The notes below the pieces were generated by a model that saw only the letters and a list, made by a program, of their open reading frames with translations, ran no database searches and was not told the origin of the DNA. Made by a program: the position numbers and the translations under genes. A DNA stretch of 64,000 bases, taken from assembly GCA_963727445.1 (NCBI GenBank), contig CAVSGI010000020.1:1-64000 (forward strand), written 5' to 3'. The number at the start of each line of letters is the position of its first letter. The stretch's first letter is position 1. This document shows positions 1-11,924 of the stretch, in pieces. Source of the stretch: an uncultured delta proteobacterium (GTDB lineage: Bacteria > Myxococcota_A > Polyangia > Polyangiales > B10-G4).

Positions 1-556
1 CAGGTCTTCACCTACGTCCTGGTCCACGGGGTTTCTTCCGCGGCGTTGATGACGCTGATGATCACCCTGCTCTTCCTCTGGTGGATGGGCGCGCCCTTCG
101 AGGCGCGCTTCGGACCGGGGGAGACGATGAAGCTCCTCGCCGTGGCCACCCTCTCCGCCGGCATCACCGGCGCCGCCGCCACCTTCCTTCTGGGCGGCGT
201 GGTGTTCGGCTCCGGACCCTGGCTGATGGCGCTGATCACTGGATACGCTGCGGCAATCGCCTCCCGGCGCGCAGCTCTCGCTTCTCGGCATCGTGCCCAT
301 GAAGCGGAACACGCTGATCGCCGCCATCGTCGTCTTCAGCCTCCTCGGCTCTCTCATCGAAGGCACCTGGGCGGCCTTCATCGCGGACATCGCCGCGCTC
401 GGCTCGGCCTGGTTCTGGATGAAGTGGCGCCTCGCTCCCCGGCGGCCGAAGGCGCCGAAGCGGCGCCAGAACGGCGGCTCCTCGGGTCGCTTCCGGGTCA
501 TCAAGGGCGGTCTCGACGACGACGACGACGACGAGCGCCCCAAGTTGCTCAACTGA
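1..556 (+). CDS. Rhomboid-like membrane protein, 3' part, duplicate of 21013..21729, frameshift near 260
   Basis: ORFs 46.. and 293..556 together give the same protein as 21013..21729(-). Confidence 0.75.
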
Positions 557-2297
557 TCACGGCGTCCAGGCCAACAGCTCCTGCACGTAGTGCTGGATGG
601 TGGGCCACGCGCTCTGCGCCGGCGAGTTGGTCTCTTGGTAGTTATCCCCGGGCGCCTCGGCGATCCAGGGCAGGGTCATCGCCAGCTCGAAGTCGTAGGT
701 GGGGATCAGGTAGCCGATCTCGTCGTTGGCGAGCCCGAAGAGATAGACGTAGTCCGCGTCCTCGCGCGCCAGGTCCCGGAGGTACGGTGGCCCCGGCGCC
801 ATCGTGAGGTCGGGCGGGTTTTCCTTCGTCTCGTCGACGAGGGGCACGCCGTCGGGTGTGTAGCTTCCGTCGTAGCCCCCGAGGAAGAGCGCTGGGTCGA
901 GCTCGCCGGGGATCGTCATAATCTGTGTGCGCCCGATGTCGATCACCGCGATCTCGGTCTCGAGCTTCGGCGGCGGGTCGAGGCGTCCGGGGAGGCCCTC
1001 CGGGTCGTAGTCGTAGCCCATGCGCGTGGCGAAGAGCCCGGCCTGGAAGGCGACCTGGTACTGAAAGTTGGTCACCTCGAGCCGAAAGATGAAGTGGCGA
1101 TAGCCGAGGTCGGCGGTCTCCTCGGTCATCGACGCCGCCGCCGGGCCCAGCGCGTCGAGCACGAAATACGCGAGCTGCTCGCCGATCATCTGCGAATCTC
1201 GAGGCTGTCCATGTCCCCGTAGTACGTCCCGTCCCAGGCCTCGGCCTCGAGGTCGTTGGGCCCGATCTGAGAGCCCACCGCGCCCTGATAGAAGACGGCG
1301 ATCCCGCCGACGCCCGGCACCATCTCCCCGTCCGGCCCGAGGACGCCGTCCTCGACGCCCTGGCGGAGCCAATGCGCGTAGTCGCTCGAGAGCTGGGTGT
1401 TGTGGGAGCCGGCGTACTCCGGATGGCTCCCGAAGTTGATCAGCGTGGCGATGGTCACGTCGGAGCCCGCTTCGACGTAGCGCATGATCTCGATCTCGTC
1501 GTCGAGGATCACCGGGTCGCGACTGTCCGACACCCAGCGGTAGGTGCCGCCTGGCTTGTCGCGGAGCTTCGTCGTCGCGTACTGCACGTCGCGGGGCGGA
1601 GCGCAGCCACCGCCTGACGCGCAGCCTCCGCCGCACCGGTACGCACCTGGTCCATGTAGTCGGGGTCAATCCCGGTCTCGTCGAGGTTGAGCCCCCAGCG
1701 CCCCATGGTGTCGCGCGCTTCGTGGGTGTGCGTCGCGCTCACGAGGATGTAGTCGGCGTCGACGTCGGCAGCGAGGTCACGGACGCGCACGACGTCGTCG
1801 TAGAAGAACCCGACGCAGTCGATGGACACCAGCACGAGCGTGACGTCGCCGTTCTTCAGGGCGATGGCGCGCGCCCACTGCGGATTGCTCACACCCGAAG
1901 CCGGCCGCCCGTTTCCGAAGCCGGCGATCCAGACGCCATCGAAGTGGCCGTTGCCGTTCACGTCGGAGAACTCGTCTCCGTCGGAGGGCTGGTAGCTACC
2001 GTCGCCGTTCGTATCGATGGTCAACATGTCGACGCCCTCGAGGCTCGGCGTCACGTCGATGGCCGCGGCCCCCACCATCAAGGTCCCGTCCGGCCCCGTC
2101 TCGCACCCCGCCCCTCCCGGACAGTAGCCGTCGGGAACCACCGGAACATAGGAAGGCCCCGTATCGACCGCGGCGTCGGAAGCATCCGGAGCGGCGTCCG
2201 CCGCCGAATCCACCGCCGCGTCCATCCCCGCACCGTCGTCTCCACACGCCGACGCGAGCAGGACCAGCGCCACCACTGCCCCCAGACGAGCCTTCAT
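557..2297 (-). CDS. Neutral/alkaline ceramidase-like lipoprotein (left-arm copy, frameshifts near 1197 and 1590)
   Basis: Split over ORFs 1509..2297, 1186..1587 and 557..; motifs SATHTHE and NFGSHPE. Confidence 0.65.
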
Positions 2298-2824
2298 GTC
2301 GATGACCTACCCGGCGGGAGGGGGGATTGCAAACGACCGCCACCGAGGGCAGGTCCTCGAGGAGGTCGACGCTGTCGAAGCGCGTCGCTCGAAGGGACAC
2401 GCCACCCATCTATCGCAAACGCAGGATGGTCGTGAGCGGATTGTAATCCGAGGAGCGAGAGGTCCGCTCGGACCGAAGATGTCTCCCACGCGGCTGCTCG
2501 CGGTGGTGTTGAAGTCCCCGCCGAGGATGAAGGGCAGACCGTGATCGATCGCCTCTCTCCGAATCGAGGCCACGGTGCTCCGGGCGGCCTCGTCGCGAGC
2601 GCGCAAGGAGGCGTCGGTCGACCCCGTGGCGCCGTCGCATCGGCGACCTTTGGAGGCTGGAGGCCGCAGGTTGGCGTCCGCTCGAAGCTCGCGATGACCG
2701 CTCACGGTCCATAATCTGGACGGTGTGGGGCGCTGAGGCCCGACCGGCGGGCGCCATCCTGTGCGTACTCGCGGTCGCGATCGGCGGCCCGGGGGCGCGC
2801 ACGGCTGTTGCATCCCGAGGGGTC

Positions 2825-4057
2825 ATGCAGCCCCCTTCTGACCGGTCCCCGCTGGCCACTCTCATGCGCTGTGTCCTTTCGCTCGCCATGTGTGCCTGCA
2901 GCGCGGGCGTCGAGACGCCAGACGCGGCCGCGGATGGCAGCGCGATGCGCGACCCCTCCGACGCCGAGGTTCCTGTCGACACGACCACGAGACCCGACAC
3001 ATCGGTCCCACCCATCGTCGATGGCGGACAAGCCCCGGACACGGGTTGGCCAGACGCCGCAACCGACGCCAGCGAGCCGACTCCCGAGAGCCCCGGCCTC
3101 TACCAGAACCCGGTGCTCGACGAGTCCGGCGACCCGTTCTGCGGTCACTTCGGTGACGCGTACTACCTCTATCTGCCCCAGACGGTTCGTCGGGGCGGGG
3201 TCCCGATCGGCGGCAGGGTCATCGCGTTCACCTCCACCGACCTCGTCCACTGGACGCGCGTCGGCAGCGTCTACGACAACGTGGACGATGCCTATGGGGG
3301 CGGCCGATCGCGGGGCCTGTGGGCGCCGGAGGTGCTCTCGCACGGCGGCCACTACTACCTCTACTACGCCAGCGTCATGAGCAATCCCCTCGACCCGCGT
3401 GTCGGCGACAAGGACATCATCGTGATCCGCAGCGACGACCCCACCGACTTTCACGGAGGAGAGCGCACGGTGCTGCTCGACGGAGACTACGCGTTCATCG
3501 ACCCCAGTCCCTTCCAGGACCCGGCGACCGGCGAGCTCTACCTGCTCTACAAGGTGCGTGGCGCGTACGGCACGGGCACGCTGATCCGCATCCGCCCCCT
3601 CGCCACGCCGACGCGTTTCTCGGGCGCTGCGACGCGGCTCTTGAGCTCCGACGACGTCCCCGACGACTACAACATCCTCGAGCATCCGATGATGGCCGCG
3701 CGCGACGGCCAGTACTTCTTGATCTTCTCGAAGGGTCAAGGAGACGGAACCACCTACCAGATCGCGTACGCGACCTCCGACGCGCCGACCGGAACGTTCA
3801 CCCAGCGCGGCACGCTCTTTCAGAGTCACCTCGACCGTCCCGCCGGCCAGCGGATCATCTCCCCCGGTGCGCCGTCGATCGTGACCGACGGCGCCGGCGA
3901 GGCGTGGATGGTCTACCGCCAGAAGACCACCACCGCGACGACCTTCGCAGACCGCGCGGTGTCCGTCGATCGCATCCGCTTTCATCCCGCGCGTCACGAG
4001 ATCGCGGGAACGCCCAGCCACGGCGAGCTCCGGGACGCGCCCGCGCCGCTGCCCTGA
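2825..4057 (+). CDS. Glycoside hydrolase family 43 lipoprotein (left-arm copy)
   Basis: YQNPV..GDP, STDLVHW, WAPEV, YYLYY, IDPSPF, LEHP motifs of five-bladed propeller GH43. Confidence 0.8.
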   Translation: MQPPSDRSPLATLMRCVLSLAMCACSAGVETPDAAADGSAMRDPSDAEVPVDTTTRPDTSVPPIVDGGQAPDTGWPDAATDASEPTPESPGLYQNPVLDESGDPFCGHFGDAYYLYLPQTVRRGGVPIGGRVIAFTSTDLVHWTRVGSVYDNVDDAYGGGRSRGLWAPEVLSHGGHYYLYYASVMSNPLDPRVGDKDIIVIRSDDPTDFHGGERTVLLDGDYAFIDPSPFQDPATGELYLLYKVRGAYGTGTLIRIRPLATPTRFSGAATRLLSSDDVPDDYNILEHPMMAARDGQYFLIFSKGQGDGTTYQIAYATSDAPTGTFTQRGTLFQSHLDRPAGQRIISPGAPSIVTDGAGEAWMVYRQKTTTATTFADRAVSVDRIRFHPARHEIAGTPSHGELRDAPAPLP

Positions 4058-4144
4058 AACGGCCGCTGCATCTGCGCCGGCGTTTTCAGAACTGAAATCG
4101 CCACCTTTCGGAAGTGCGGGATCGAGGGGGGCTGGCTCCCGCAA

Positions 4145-4714
4145 TTGCAGGAGGAATTGGCCTGCCTGGATCTTGCAGCGCATCGGGCCGTGTCGAGCGA
4201 GCACGACGACCGAAACACGGTAGACGCGGCGTTCGAAGCCCTGACTTCCGTGTTCGAGGGCTTCGGGCCGGCCGCTGATCGCGAAGGCTGGACCCTTCCC
4301 CGTGGCCCGCTGCTCACGGCTCGGGTGACGCTGCGCTCCGAATGGGGCTCCGGCTCGTTGGGGATCTGCGCGCCCGCGCGTGCGGTCGCTGCAACCGCTC
4401 CGCTGTCGGGTGTCGATCCCGCCGATTGGATCGGGGAGCTCGCGAACCTCGCCGCGGGCCGGCTGAAGTACGAGCTCCTGTTCTGCAACCGTGTGCGCAT
4501 CGAACACTCGACACCGACCGTCGACGAGGGCGAGGCCGTACCGGCGCGCATCGACGCGATGCGGGTGCTCCGCTTGTCGGGCCCGGCGGGCGAGCTCGTC
4601 GTTTGGCTGGACCTCAATCTGCCACAGGAGGCGCTCACGGAGCGCACGAGCGGCGAAGCGCTCGCGCCCGGTTCGTTCCTCGTGCTCGACAGCGAGTCGA
4701 AGCTCGCGTCCTGA
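4145..4714 (+). CDS. CheX-like chemotaxis phosphatase (left-arm copy)
   Basis: DWIGELANLAAG matches the CheC/CheX ExxN motif, followed by STPTV. Confidence 0.6.
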   Translation: MQEELACLDLAAHRAVSSEHDDRNTVDAAFEALTSVFEGFGPAADREGWTLPRGPLLTARVTLRSEWGSGSLGICAPARAVAATAPLSGVDPADWIGELANLAAGRLKYELLFCNRVRIEHSTPTVDEGEAVPARIDAMRVLRLSGPAGELVVWLDLNLPQEALTERTSGEALAPGSFLVLDSESKLAS

Positions 4715-4752
4715 GCTGGCGCCCGGCTGCTCGACCCAGTACGCTTCCGTCC

Positions 4753-5388
4753 ATGGCAGATCGTGACGATCCCTTCCGTCGTCCGCCCCCCGCAGCAGCG
4801 AGCCAGGCGCTCCTGTCCGCCGCGCTGGGAGGACTGCTCTCGCTCACGACCTCGTGCGACGACGGCATGGCCGCGCCCGACACCAGCGTCTCACCCGACA
4901 CCAGCGTGACGGCGGACTCCGCCGCCCCCATGGACGCCCGCGCAGACACGATGGGGCCTTTGGACTCGACGATCCCGAGTGATGCGACCGGCACCGACGC
5001 GGCCTCCACCGACGCGGCCGCCACCGACGCGGCCGCCACCGACGCGAGCGCCACCGACGCGAGCGGAGACGCCACTGTCGCCATGGACGGCAGTCTCGAC
5101 GGAAGCGCCCTCGACGGGATGGTGCTCGCCGATGCGAGCGTCCGCGACACGGCGTGTGACGTCGACCCCGACGCGCGGATCACCATGTCGACGTCGATGC
5201 CAGGGTTGTCACTCGAGGACTTCACCACGATGTGCGCCGACCTCGGGGGCTTCATCGAGATCCATCCGCATTGCGGCGGGATGAACTCCTGCCGCGGGGT
5301 CTCCTACGACTCGGGGACGGGCATTCTGACGGAGCACACCTGCGCGGGGCTCAACACCTGCACCGGCTTCACCTGCGTGACGGGTTGA
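4753..5388 (+). CDS. Cys-rich lipoprotein, putative MNIO/RiPP precursor (left-arm copy)
   Basis: Same protein as 16178..16813(-). Confidence 0.7.
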   Translation: MADRDDPFRRPPPAAASQALLSAALGGLLSLTTSCDDGMAAPDTSVSPDTSVTADSAAPMDARADTMGPLDSTIPSDATGTDAASTDAAATDAAATDASATDASGDATVAMDGSLDGSALDGMVLADASVRDTACDVDPDARITMSTSMPGLSLEDFTTMCADLGGFIEIHPHCGGMNSCRGVSYDSGTGILTEHTCAGLNTCTGFTCVTG

Positions 5389-5391
5389 GGC

Positions 5392-6240
5392 TCAGCGCTT
5401 CGCCTCGCTCCACAGACCGAGCGCGACGCTCCGCGTGAGCCAGCGCCGCGTTCGCTCCGGCAACTGAGCGCGCTCGCCCGGGGTGCATCCATCCTCGAGA
5501 TGCGCGAGGGCGTCGCGCACCGAGTGGCGCGTGAGCAGCGACAGGAGCTCGCCCTCGCGCGATTCGAGAGCGAAGCGGCGAATGCCGTCCGCGTCGCAGA
5601 CGAGCGCGGACCAACGCGGCGCCGAGAGGCGGTCGGGAGACGCGCTGTCTCTCCGGGACGTGTCCGAGAGCTCGGCGCGAAGCTCCGAGAGCGCCCAACC
5701 TTCGACGAAGATGGCGGCCGCCGGGGACAGCACGAGACGCGCATCGAGAAGCTGCGCCGCGTCCTGAGGCCGAGGCCGGAAGGGCACCACCGCCGGCGCC
5801 CGTGACACCTTCGCCCACGCCGCGTCGAGCTTCACCGCTTCGCAAAGGAGCGGAGCGTCTGCGCGAACGGCCAGCGCCTCTTCGACGAAGCGCTCGAAGC
5901 CGATGGGCACCGTCTCGAGGTCCCACCCCCGGGGTGGATGCGCGCCGAGGAACCGCGCGGCGAGCCCGTCGAGCTCCCACGGGCCCAGGAGCCGAGCGGT
6001 GAGCGGGAAGGCGGTCTGCATCGTCCTGAGAAGCCGAAACCAGTACTGCCGGTTGTAGACGGCGAGGCGATCGGCGGCGCGCGCCGCGGCGCGGTCGCGG
6101 ACCTCGGCGACGGCCGTGGGGTCGTAGGCCTCGGTCGACGCTCGAACCCGGCCGCCCGCGCGGTCGAGGGGCGTCCGCAACACCTCGCCGAAGCGCGCTT
6201 GCAGCTCCGCGAGCCAAGGAGGTGGCGCTCGGTCGCTCAT
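5392..6240 (-). CDS. DUF2063-type MNIO partner protein (left-arm copy)
   Basis: Same protein as 15326..16174(+). Confidence 0.75.
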   Translation of the reverse strand: MSDRAPPPWLAELQARFGEVLRTPLDRAGGRVRASTEAYDPTAVAEVRDRAAARAADRLAVYNRQYWFRLLRTMQTAFPLTARLLGPWELDGLAARFLGAHPPRGWDLETVPIGFERFVEEALAVRADAPLLCEAVKLDAAWAKVSRAPAVVPFRPRPQDAAQLLDARLVLSPAAAIFVEGWALSELRAELSDTSRRDSASPDRLSAPRWSALVCDADGIRRFALESREGELLSLLTRHSVRDALAHLEDGCTPGERAQLPERTRRWLTRSVALGLWSEAKR

Positions 6241-7061
6241 CGCCCCGCCTCTCGCACCCGTCGAGCCCGGTCGAGCTCGGCGAGAACCTCGGGCATCGGA
6301 GGGATGCGCGCATCCCATTCGAGCATCGTGGGGAAGGGGCCACCCTCGGCCCACGCGCGGGCGTAGAGAGACCAGACGGCTTCGGTCACCGGATGATCGT
6401 GGGTGTCGACGAGCGTGCCGTCCGGCTCCCGCGTGTGGCCGGCGAGGTGCACTTGCAAGACGCGCGAGATAGTCCACGGCGGCGAGATAGGCGTCGGGAT
6501 CGAATCCGTGGTTCTGGCTCGAGACGTAGATGTTGTTCACGTCGAGGAGCCAATGGCAGCCCGACTCGCGCACCACCGCCGCATGAAAATCCCACTCGCT
6601 CATCGTCGAGCGGGACAGCTCGACGTAGCTCGAGAGATTCTCGAGGCCGAACGGGCGCCCGAGTCGCTTCTGCACGTACGCGGCGCGCTCCGCCGCCAGC
6701 TCGACGAGCTCGGGCACGTAGGGGACCGGGAGCAGGTCGTGGTGCGAGACGCCGTGCGCCCCGGTCCAGCAGAGGTGGTCGGTGACGAAAGGGGCGCTCG
6801 ACGCGGTCGGCGAGCCGACAGAGCGCATCCAGATACGTCTCGTCCAGCGGCGCATGGCCCAGCACGTTCAGCCCCACGCCATGCAAGCACGATGGGGTAG
6901 CGCGATCGGACCCAATCGAGTCGCACGCGCGACCGGAGCGCCCCGCCGAGGAAGTTCTCGCTGATGATCTCGAAGTAATCGACGTCCGGCCAGTGCTCGA
7001 AGACGTAAGCGTAGTGGGGGACCCGCAGGCCCAACCCGAGCGCGTCGCGCGGGAGCGTCAC
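6237..7061 (-). CDS. DUF692 MNIO enzyme (left-arm copy, frameshifts near 6468, 6797, 6888)
   Basis: Fragments in several frames match the intact 14508..15329(+). Confidence 0.8.
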
Positions 7062-7183
7062 GCTTCGAGCTTGATGGGACCGCGATGTGGCGGTCAACTG
7101 GGTCCGAACCGGTGGTGAATAGCGGTCGAGCTCCTGCGTCCAGGCCCCGGCCGACCGCAGTCGAGGCGCCGGCCGAGGAGAAC

Positions 7184-7882
7184 ATGAGACCTCACCATCG
7201 ACCCTGGCTCGCACTCTCGGGCGCGCTCGCAATCGTCGCTACCCACGCCGCGCCCGTCGCCGCGAGACAGCCTCCAGACCCCGACTGCGTGGGCGAACCG
7301 CTGGTCGAGCTCGGCACCGCGCTCTCCCTCGGCGCCGCCGGACAGTTCCCCGACCCGGGCAATCCGCGCCTCGGGGTGCACCTCGGCCTGGACCTCGCCG
7401 CCACGTTCCCGGTGCTCTCCAACTCCGACATCGGCCCGATGGAGTCGCGCCTGCGTATCGGTCCGTGGGGCCACCTTCGAACGCGCTCCTTCGAGACCTT
7501 CGAGCTGACAGGCGGTTTGCGCGTCCTGGTCGGCGGCGGCGAGCTCGACTGGTTCGGAGCCCTGGGGCAGTGGGCCCTCTTCCTCGACGGCGGCGCCGGG
7601 TACGCCTGGCGCACCAACGACCCGCGCTGGGACGCACAGCAGCCCTACGTCGAAGGGCGCATCGGCTGGGGTTACCGCACGGTGTACGTCCCTGGCACTG
7701 GCTATCCCTACAAAGGCCGCTGGTGTGGCTACGACCCCATCCGCTCCGCTTTCGGCCACGAACGCAGCGGACGGATCATCCTCTCCCTCGCCCGCACCTT
7801 CGACGGCTCACCGGCCTGGCAAGCGACCTTCGCCGTCGAATTCGATCCCATCGGCCTCGTCCTCTGGCTGTCGTCGATCCGA
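7184..7882 (+). CDS. Secreted/outer-membrane hypothetical protein (left-arm copy; stop codon read as CGA here)
   Basis: Mirror of 13687..14385(-). Confidence 0.55.
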
Positions 7883-7931
7883 GCCGGCGGCGTGGGCGGG
7901 GCCCTCGCTTGCACGGCCGGGCCTAGCAGGG

Positions 7932-8537
7932 ATGCTATCGTCTCCGGACGTGGCCTCCACTTTCCGACTCCGCAGCTTCGAGTCGTCGTCGGGCATGTCG
8001 CAGATGCTCCCGCTCGCCCTCGGCGGGCTCGCCGTCATCCTCCTCCTCGCCGCCGTGGCGATGGCTTCCAACTCGGGGCTCATGGCGATCGTCGGTCCCG
8101 CGCTCTGTGTCCTCGGCGCTTGCGTCACTTCGCTGTCGGCCTGGGTCGCGTGGAAGCGAGCGACTGGCCCGACGCTCCACCTGCATGTGGACCCCGCCGT
8201 CATCCGACTCGAAGACGCGCGCACCGGAGCCGTGGTCGGCTCGGCGAAGGCGACCAAAGTGAAGGCCGAGCGCTACGTCCACATGAGGAGTGAGCGGATG
8301 TACCAGTCCCAAACGCTCTGGACCTATGCCCATCCGGTCATCTCCCTGACGCTGGGTGACCAGACGCTGCGCATCGGAACCCAGGCGGGTGGTTATGGAT
8401 GGCTCGACGACGTCCCCGAATGCGACGCTCCCGAGCAGTCGGTCGACCCCGCCCGCTGGCAAGAGCTCGTCCGAGCGCTCGGCCTCGAGGCGCACCTCGG
8501 CCGCGACCGACTCACCCAGAGCCTGGGCAGCGTTTGA
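7932..8537 (+). CDS. Hypothetical membrane protein (left-arm copy)
   Basis: Mirror of 13032..13637(-); two hydrophobic segments. Confidence 0.55.
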   Translation: MLSSPDVASTFRLRSFESSSGMSQMLPLALGGLAVILLLAAVAMASNSGLMAIVGPALCVLGACVTSLSAWVAWKRATGPTLHLHVDPAVIRLEDARTGAVVGSAKATKVKAERYVHMRSERMYQSQTLWTYAHPVISLTLGDQTLRIGTQAGGYGWLDDVPECDAPEQSVDPARWQELVRALGLEAHLGRDRLTQSLGSV

Positions 8538-9731
8538 AGCGGTGTGTGCGGCCCGGCCGCGCCGACTCGACGCGAAATGCGCGCTCGAGCGGCGTCACGA
8601 CTGCGCCCATGTGCGCAAGAGCGCACGGCCCGTTTCGCTTCCTCCGAAGCCGACCCCGAGAAGCGCAAAGACGCGCATGAGCCGCTTGTGAATCTCGGGT
8701 CGGCGCCGAAACCACGTTGCCGCGGCGACGATGAGCGTGAAGAAGCACAGGACAGCGTAGTTGCCGATGATCAGCGGCCCGAGCTCGGCGAGGACTCGAT
8801 CCTCCGCAGCGGCGCCCGCGAGGGCCAGGTGTCGTGGGACCGCGAGGTACGAAGTGATGGCGCCGACGATCACGATCGCAGCGGCGAGCGCCAGGCCCAC
8901 GAATCCGAGGCGGCGATGAAGGACGGGCTGCCTTCGCGCCACGAGCGCGGCTTGGATGGGTAAGAGGACGATTCACGCGGTCTGAAGGGCGCCGTGCGGA
9001 CAGCAGATAGAGCGGCATGCCCTCGCCGTGAAGAGAGGTCGGAGAAGAAGGTCCGCGCAAATCCGGCGAAGACGATCGCCAAGAGGCTCAGCGCCGCGAC
9101 CAAGAAGAAGCGGTCCTCGACGTGGGTGCGCGGCCTGGACGCGCTCCTGGCTCCCTCGTCTACAACGCGTTCGGCGACAAGCTCTCCGTTGCTCCTGGCG
9201 GTGGGCGACCGGGTCCTCGGAGGCGAGCTCGCCCCCGAGCTCTCCGACGAACGAGATTTCGCTTCGCAGCTCCTCGCGCGCACCGATCTGCGAGAGCGGA
9301 TCCGCGTTCGCCGCTGCCTGGTCACGCATGATATGGGAGCAGGGGATGCTTCGCGTCGAATCCACGTCGGATGACGCCGGCGCCTCCGATCCGAAGGTGG
9401 CGGACGTGGTCACCGCCATCTGGCAGACGAAGGACGACGCCAACAAGGAGATTCTGCGCGGGCCTTCCCCGAGGAAGTGAGGCCGGCGGGCGACGATCCG
9501 GACGAGGCCTACGACGTCTTCTTCGCCCTGCAGAGCGCCGCTTCGTTCGCATCCTGATCGACGACCGCGGATGGTCCTGGGACACCTACGAGCACTGGAC
9601 GGCGATCATGCTCCGCCGACTCTTCACGCGCCTCCCCGATGACGGATGCGCTGCGATGGCGATGGACGAGCCCGTGGCCCCTTCTATCCTGCCATCAACA
9701 CCGCCCGCGCCGCGCGACGGTGTCGACCTCC

Positions 9732-10708
9732 ATGAGGTACCCGCCGTCCCATCCCCACCTTTCGATCGCGCTGTGCCTGACGTGCGCGATCACGGTCACC
9801 GCTTGCACCACGAACAGCGTGGGCACGGGCCGTGGCGACGCATACATGCCCGGCGATGGGTCGACGTTGCCCGACGTGTCCACCGAAATGGACGCGTCCG
9901 TCGATACCGGCACCGCGCCGCCCGACGCAGCGGCCAAAGCGCGCGGCCGACACCGGGACGACGATCCCCTCGGATGCCGGATGGGGCTCGTGCACGTTCG
10001 CGTCGATGACGGGAACGTGCATGCCGACGGCCGACTGCGCGGCGCTCGGCGCCATGTCCGTCTCCGGCCTCTGCCCAGGCCCCGCGGACATCCAGTGCTG
10101 TGTCCCCGCCACTGAACCGGGTGCCTATTCTGCCGCCGACATCCTCGCGCGCCTCGGGAGCTGCACCCGCATCGGCGGCGACTACGCCAACAACGCGGGC
10201 GGTGCCGAGACGATCCCCATTTGTCAGACCGACACGGTCATCTGGTGGACGGCCGACTTCGACGTCGACTGCGATGGAGGCCAGTCGGCGATTTGCATGT
10301 CCGACCCCTACTACCAACCCGACACGAGCGGGGTCGATTCGATGGGCAACCCGCTCAACGCGAGCACCCTCCCCTTCATCGTCATCCCGCTGCCCAGCAC
10401 GCGCTTCCGCTACGCCGACCACGACATCGCCACCGGCCAGGTCGCCCTCGTCCTCTACGGCGGGCTCATGACCTTCGGCATCTTCGGTGACGGCGGGCCT
10501 GGGGAGCATCGGCGAAGGCTCCTTCGCCATGGCCGAGTCCCTCGGCATCCCCTCCGACCCGCGCACCGGCGGCGTCGACTCCGGCGTCACCTACCTCGTC
10601 TTCCCCGGCGTGACCGCGCGCGTCACCCACAACGAAGACCACACCGAAGCCGTCATGCTGGGCGAGGCGCTCCTCGACGCGTTCATGGCGCTTTCGGCGG
10701 GGCGGTGA
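9732..10708 (+). CDS. GH75 chitosanase-like protein (left-arm copy, frameshifts near 9940 and 10497)
   Basis: Mirror of 10868..11833(-); the C-terminus runs into the garbled turn. Confidence 0.7.
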
Positions 10709-10867
10709 AGGCGCGGCTGAGCGGCGTTCAGCTTTCCGCTGAGCGCGCCAGGCTCTCCGCTGAGCTGGATGGGTTTCAGCAGGTCAGGGTCGGCTGCCGC
10801 TGCCCTGGCAGGCCTTCCATGGAAAGGTGGCCCTCAGCCCGCTGAGCCTGCCTCGCCCACGCCCCGC

Positions 10868-11833
10868 TCAGGGCGCCATGAACGCGTCGAGGAGCGCCTC
10901 GCCCAGCATGACGGCTTCGGTGTGGTCTTCGTTGTGGGTGACGCGCGCGGTCACGCCGGGGAAGACGAGGTAGGTGACGCCGGAGTCGACGCCGCCGGTG
11001 CGCGGGTCGGAGGGGATGCCGAGGGACTCGGCCATGGCGAAGGAGCCTTCGCCGATGCTCCCCGAGGGGCCGGCGTCACCGAAGATGCCGAAGGTCATGA
11101 GCCCGCCGTAGAGGACGAGGGCGACCTGGCCGGTGGCGATGTCGTGGTCGGCGTAGCGGAAGCGCGTGCTGGGCAGCGGGATGACGATGAAGGGGAGGGT
11201 GCTCGCGTCGAGCGGGTTGCCCATCGAATCGACCCCGCTCGTGTCGGGTTGGTAGTAGGGGTCGGACATGCAAATCGCCGACTGGCCTCCATCGCAGTCG
11301 ACGTCGAAGTCGGCCGTCCACCAGATGACCGTGTCGGTCTGACAAATGGGGATCGTCTCGGCACCGCCCGCGTTGTTGGCGTAGTCGCCGCCGATGCGGG
11401 TGCAGCTCCCGAGGCGCGCGAGGATGTCGGCGGCAGAATAGGCACCCGGTTCAGTGGCGGGGACACAGCACTGGATGTCCGCGGGGCCTGGGCAGAGGCC
11501 GGAGACGGACATGGCGCCGAGCGCCGCGCAGTCGGCCGTCGGCATGCACGTTCCCGTCATCGACGCGAACGTGCACGAGCCCCATCCGGCATCCGAGGGG
11601 ATCGTCGTCCCGGTGTCGGCCGCGGCGTCGGCCGCTGCGTCGGGCGGCGCGGTGCCGGTATCGACGGACGCGTCCATTTCGGTGGACACGTCGGGCAACG
11701 TCGACCCATCGCCGGGCATGTATGCGTCGCCACGGCCCGTGCCCACGCTGTTCGTGGTGCAAGCGGTGACCGTGATCGCGCACGTCAGGCACAGCGCGAT
11801 CGAAAGGTGGGGATGGGACGGCGGGTACCTCAT
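10868..11833 (-). CDS. Glycoside hydrolase family 75 (fungal-type chitosanase) lipoprotein with N-terminal Cys-rich module
   Basis: ADFDVDCDG, YQPDTS, LDASTLPFIVIP, GIFGDAGP, IGEGS motifs; lipobox-like VTAC. Confidence 0.8.
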   Translation of the reverse strand: MRYPPSHPHLSIALCLTCAITVTACTTNSVGTGRGDAYMPGDGSTLPDVSTEMDASVDTGTAPPDAAADAAADTGTTIPSDAGWGSCTFASMTGTCMPTADCAALGAMSVSGLCPGPADIQCCVPATEPGAYSAADILARLGSCTRIGGDYANNAGGAETIPICQTDTVIWWTADFDVDCDGGQSAICMSDPYYQPDTSGVDSMGNPLDASTLPFIVIPLPSTRFRYADHDIATGQVALVLYGGLMTFGIFGDAGPSGSIGEGSFAMAESLGIPSDPRTGGVDSGVTYLVFPGVTARVTHNEDHTEAVMLGEALLDAFMAP

Positions 11834-11924
11834 GGGAGGTCGACACCGTCGCGCGGCGCGGGCGGTGTTGATGGCAGGATAGAAGGGGCCACGGGTCTCG
11901 TCCATCGCCATCGCGGCGCATCCG

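Larger units (their letters stand above)
1..10691. repeat. Left arm of a ~10.7 kb inverted repeat (reverse complement of 10873-21567)
   Basis: Base 1 caggtcttcacctacgtcctggtccac is the reverse complement of 21541-21567. The ORF track is mirrored (e.g. 2723..4057+ vs 17509..18843-). Identity holds to gttcatggcgc at 10691. Confidence 0.97.

Noticed and set aside
519..534. (gac)n microsatellite as a contingency locus
   Set aside because: In-frame poly-Asp tail of the rhomboid-like protein, the same length in both arms.
2702..4507. Long antisense/alternative-frame ORFs (also 17059..18864, 34003..35709, 36034..37932, 44406..46484, 48658..50505, 51968..53695)
   Set aside because: Shadow ORFs typical of high-GC DNA, overlapping well-supported genes, with no recognisable motifs.
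7085..8293. Stop-codon readthrough or extended 402-aa variant in the left arm
   Set aside because: A single TGA/CGA difference between the arms; the extension is low-complexity shadow sequence over the next gene.
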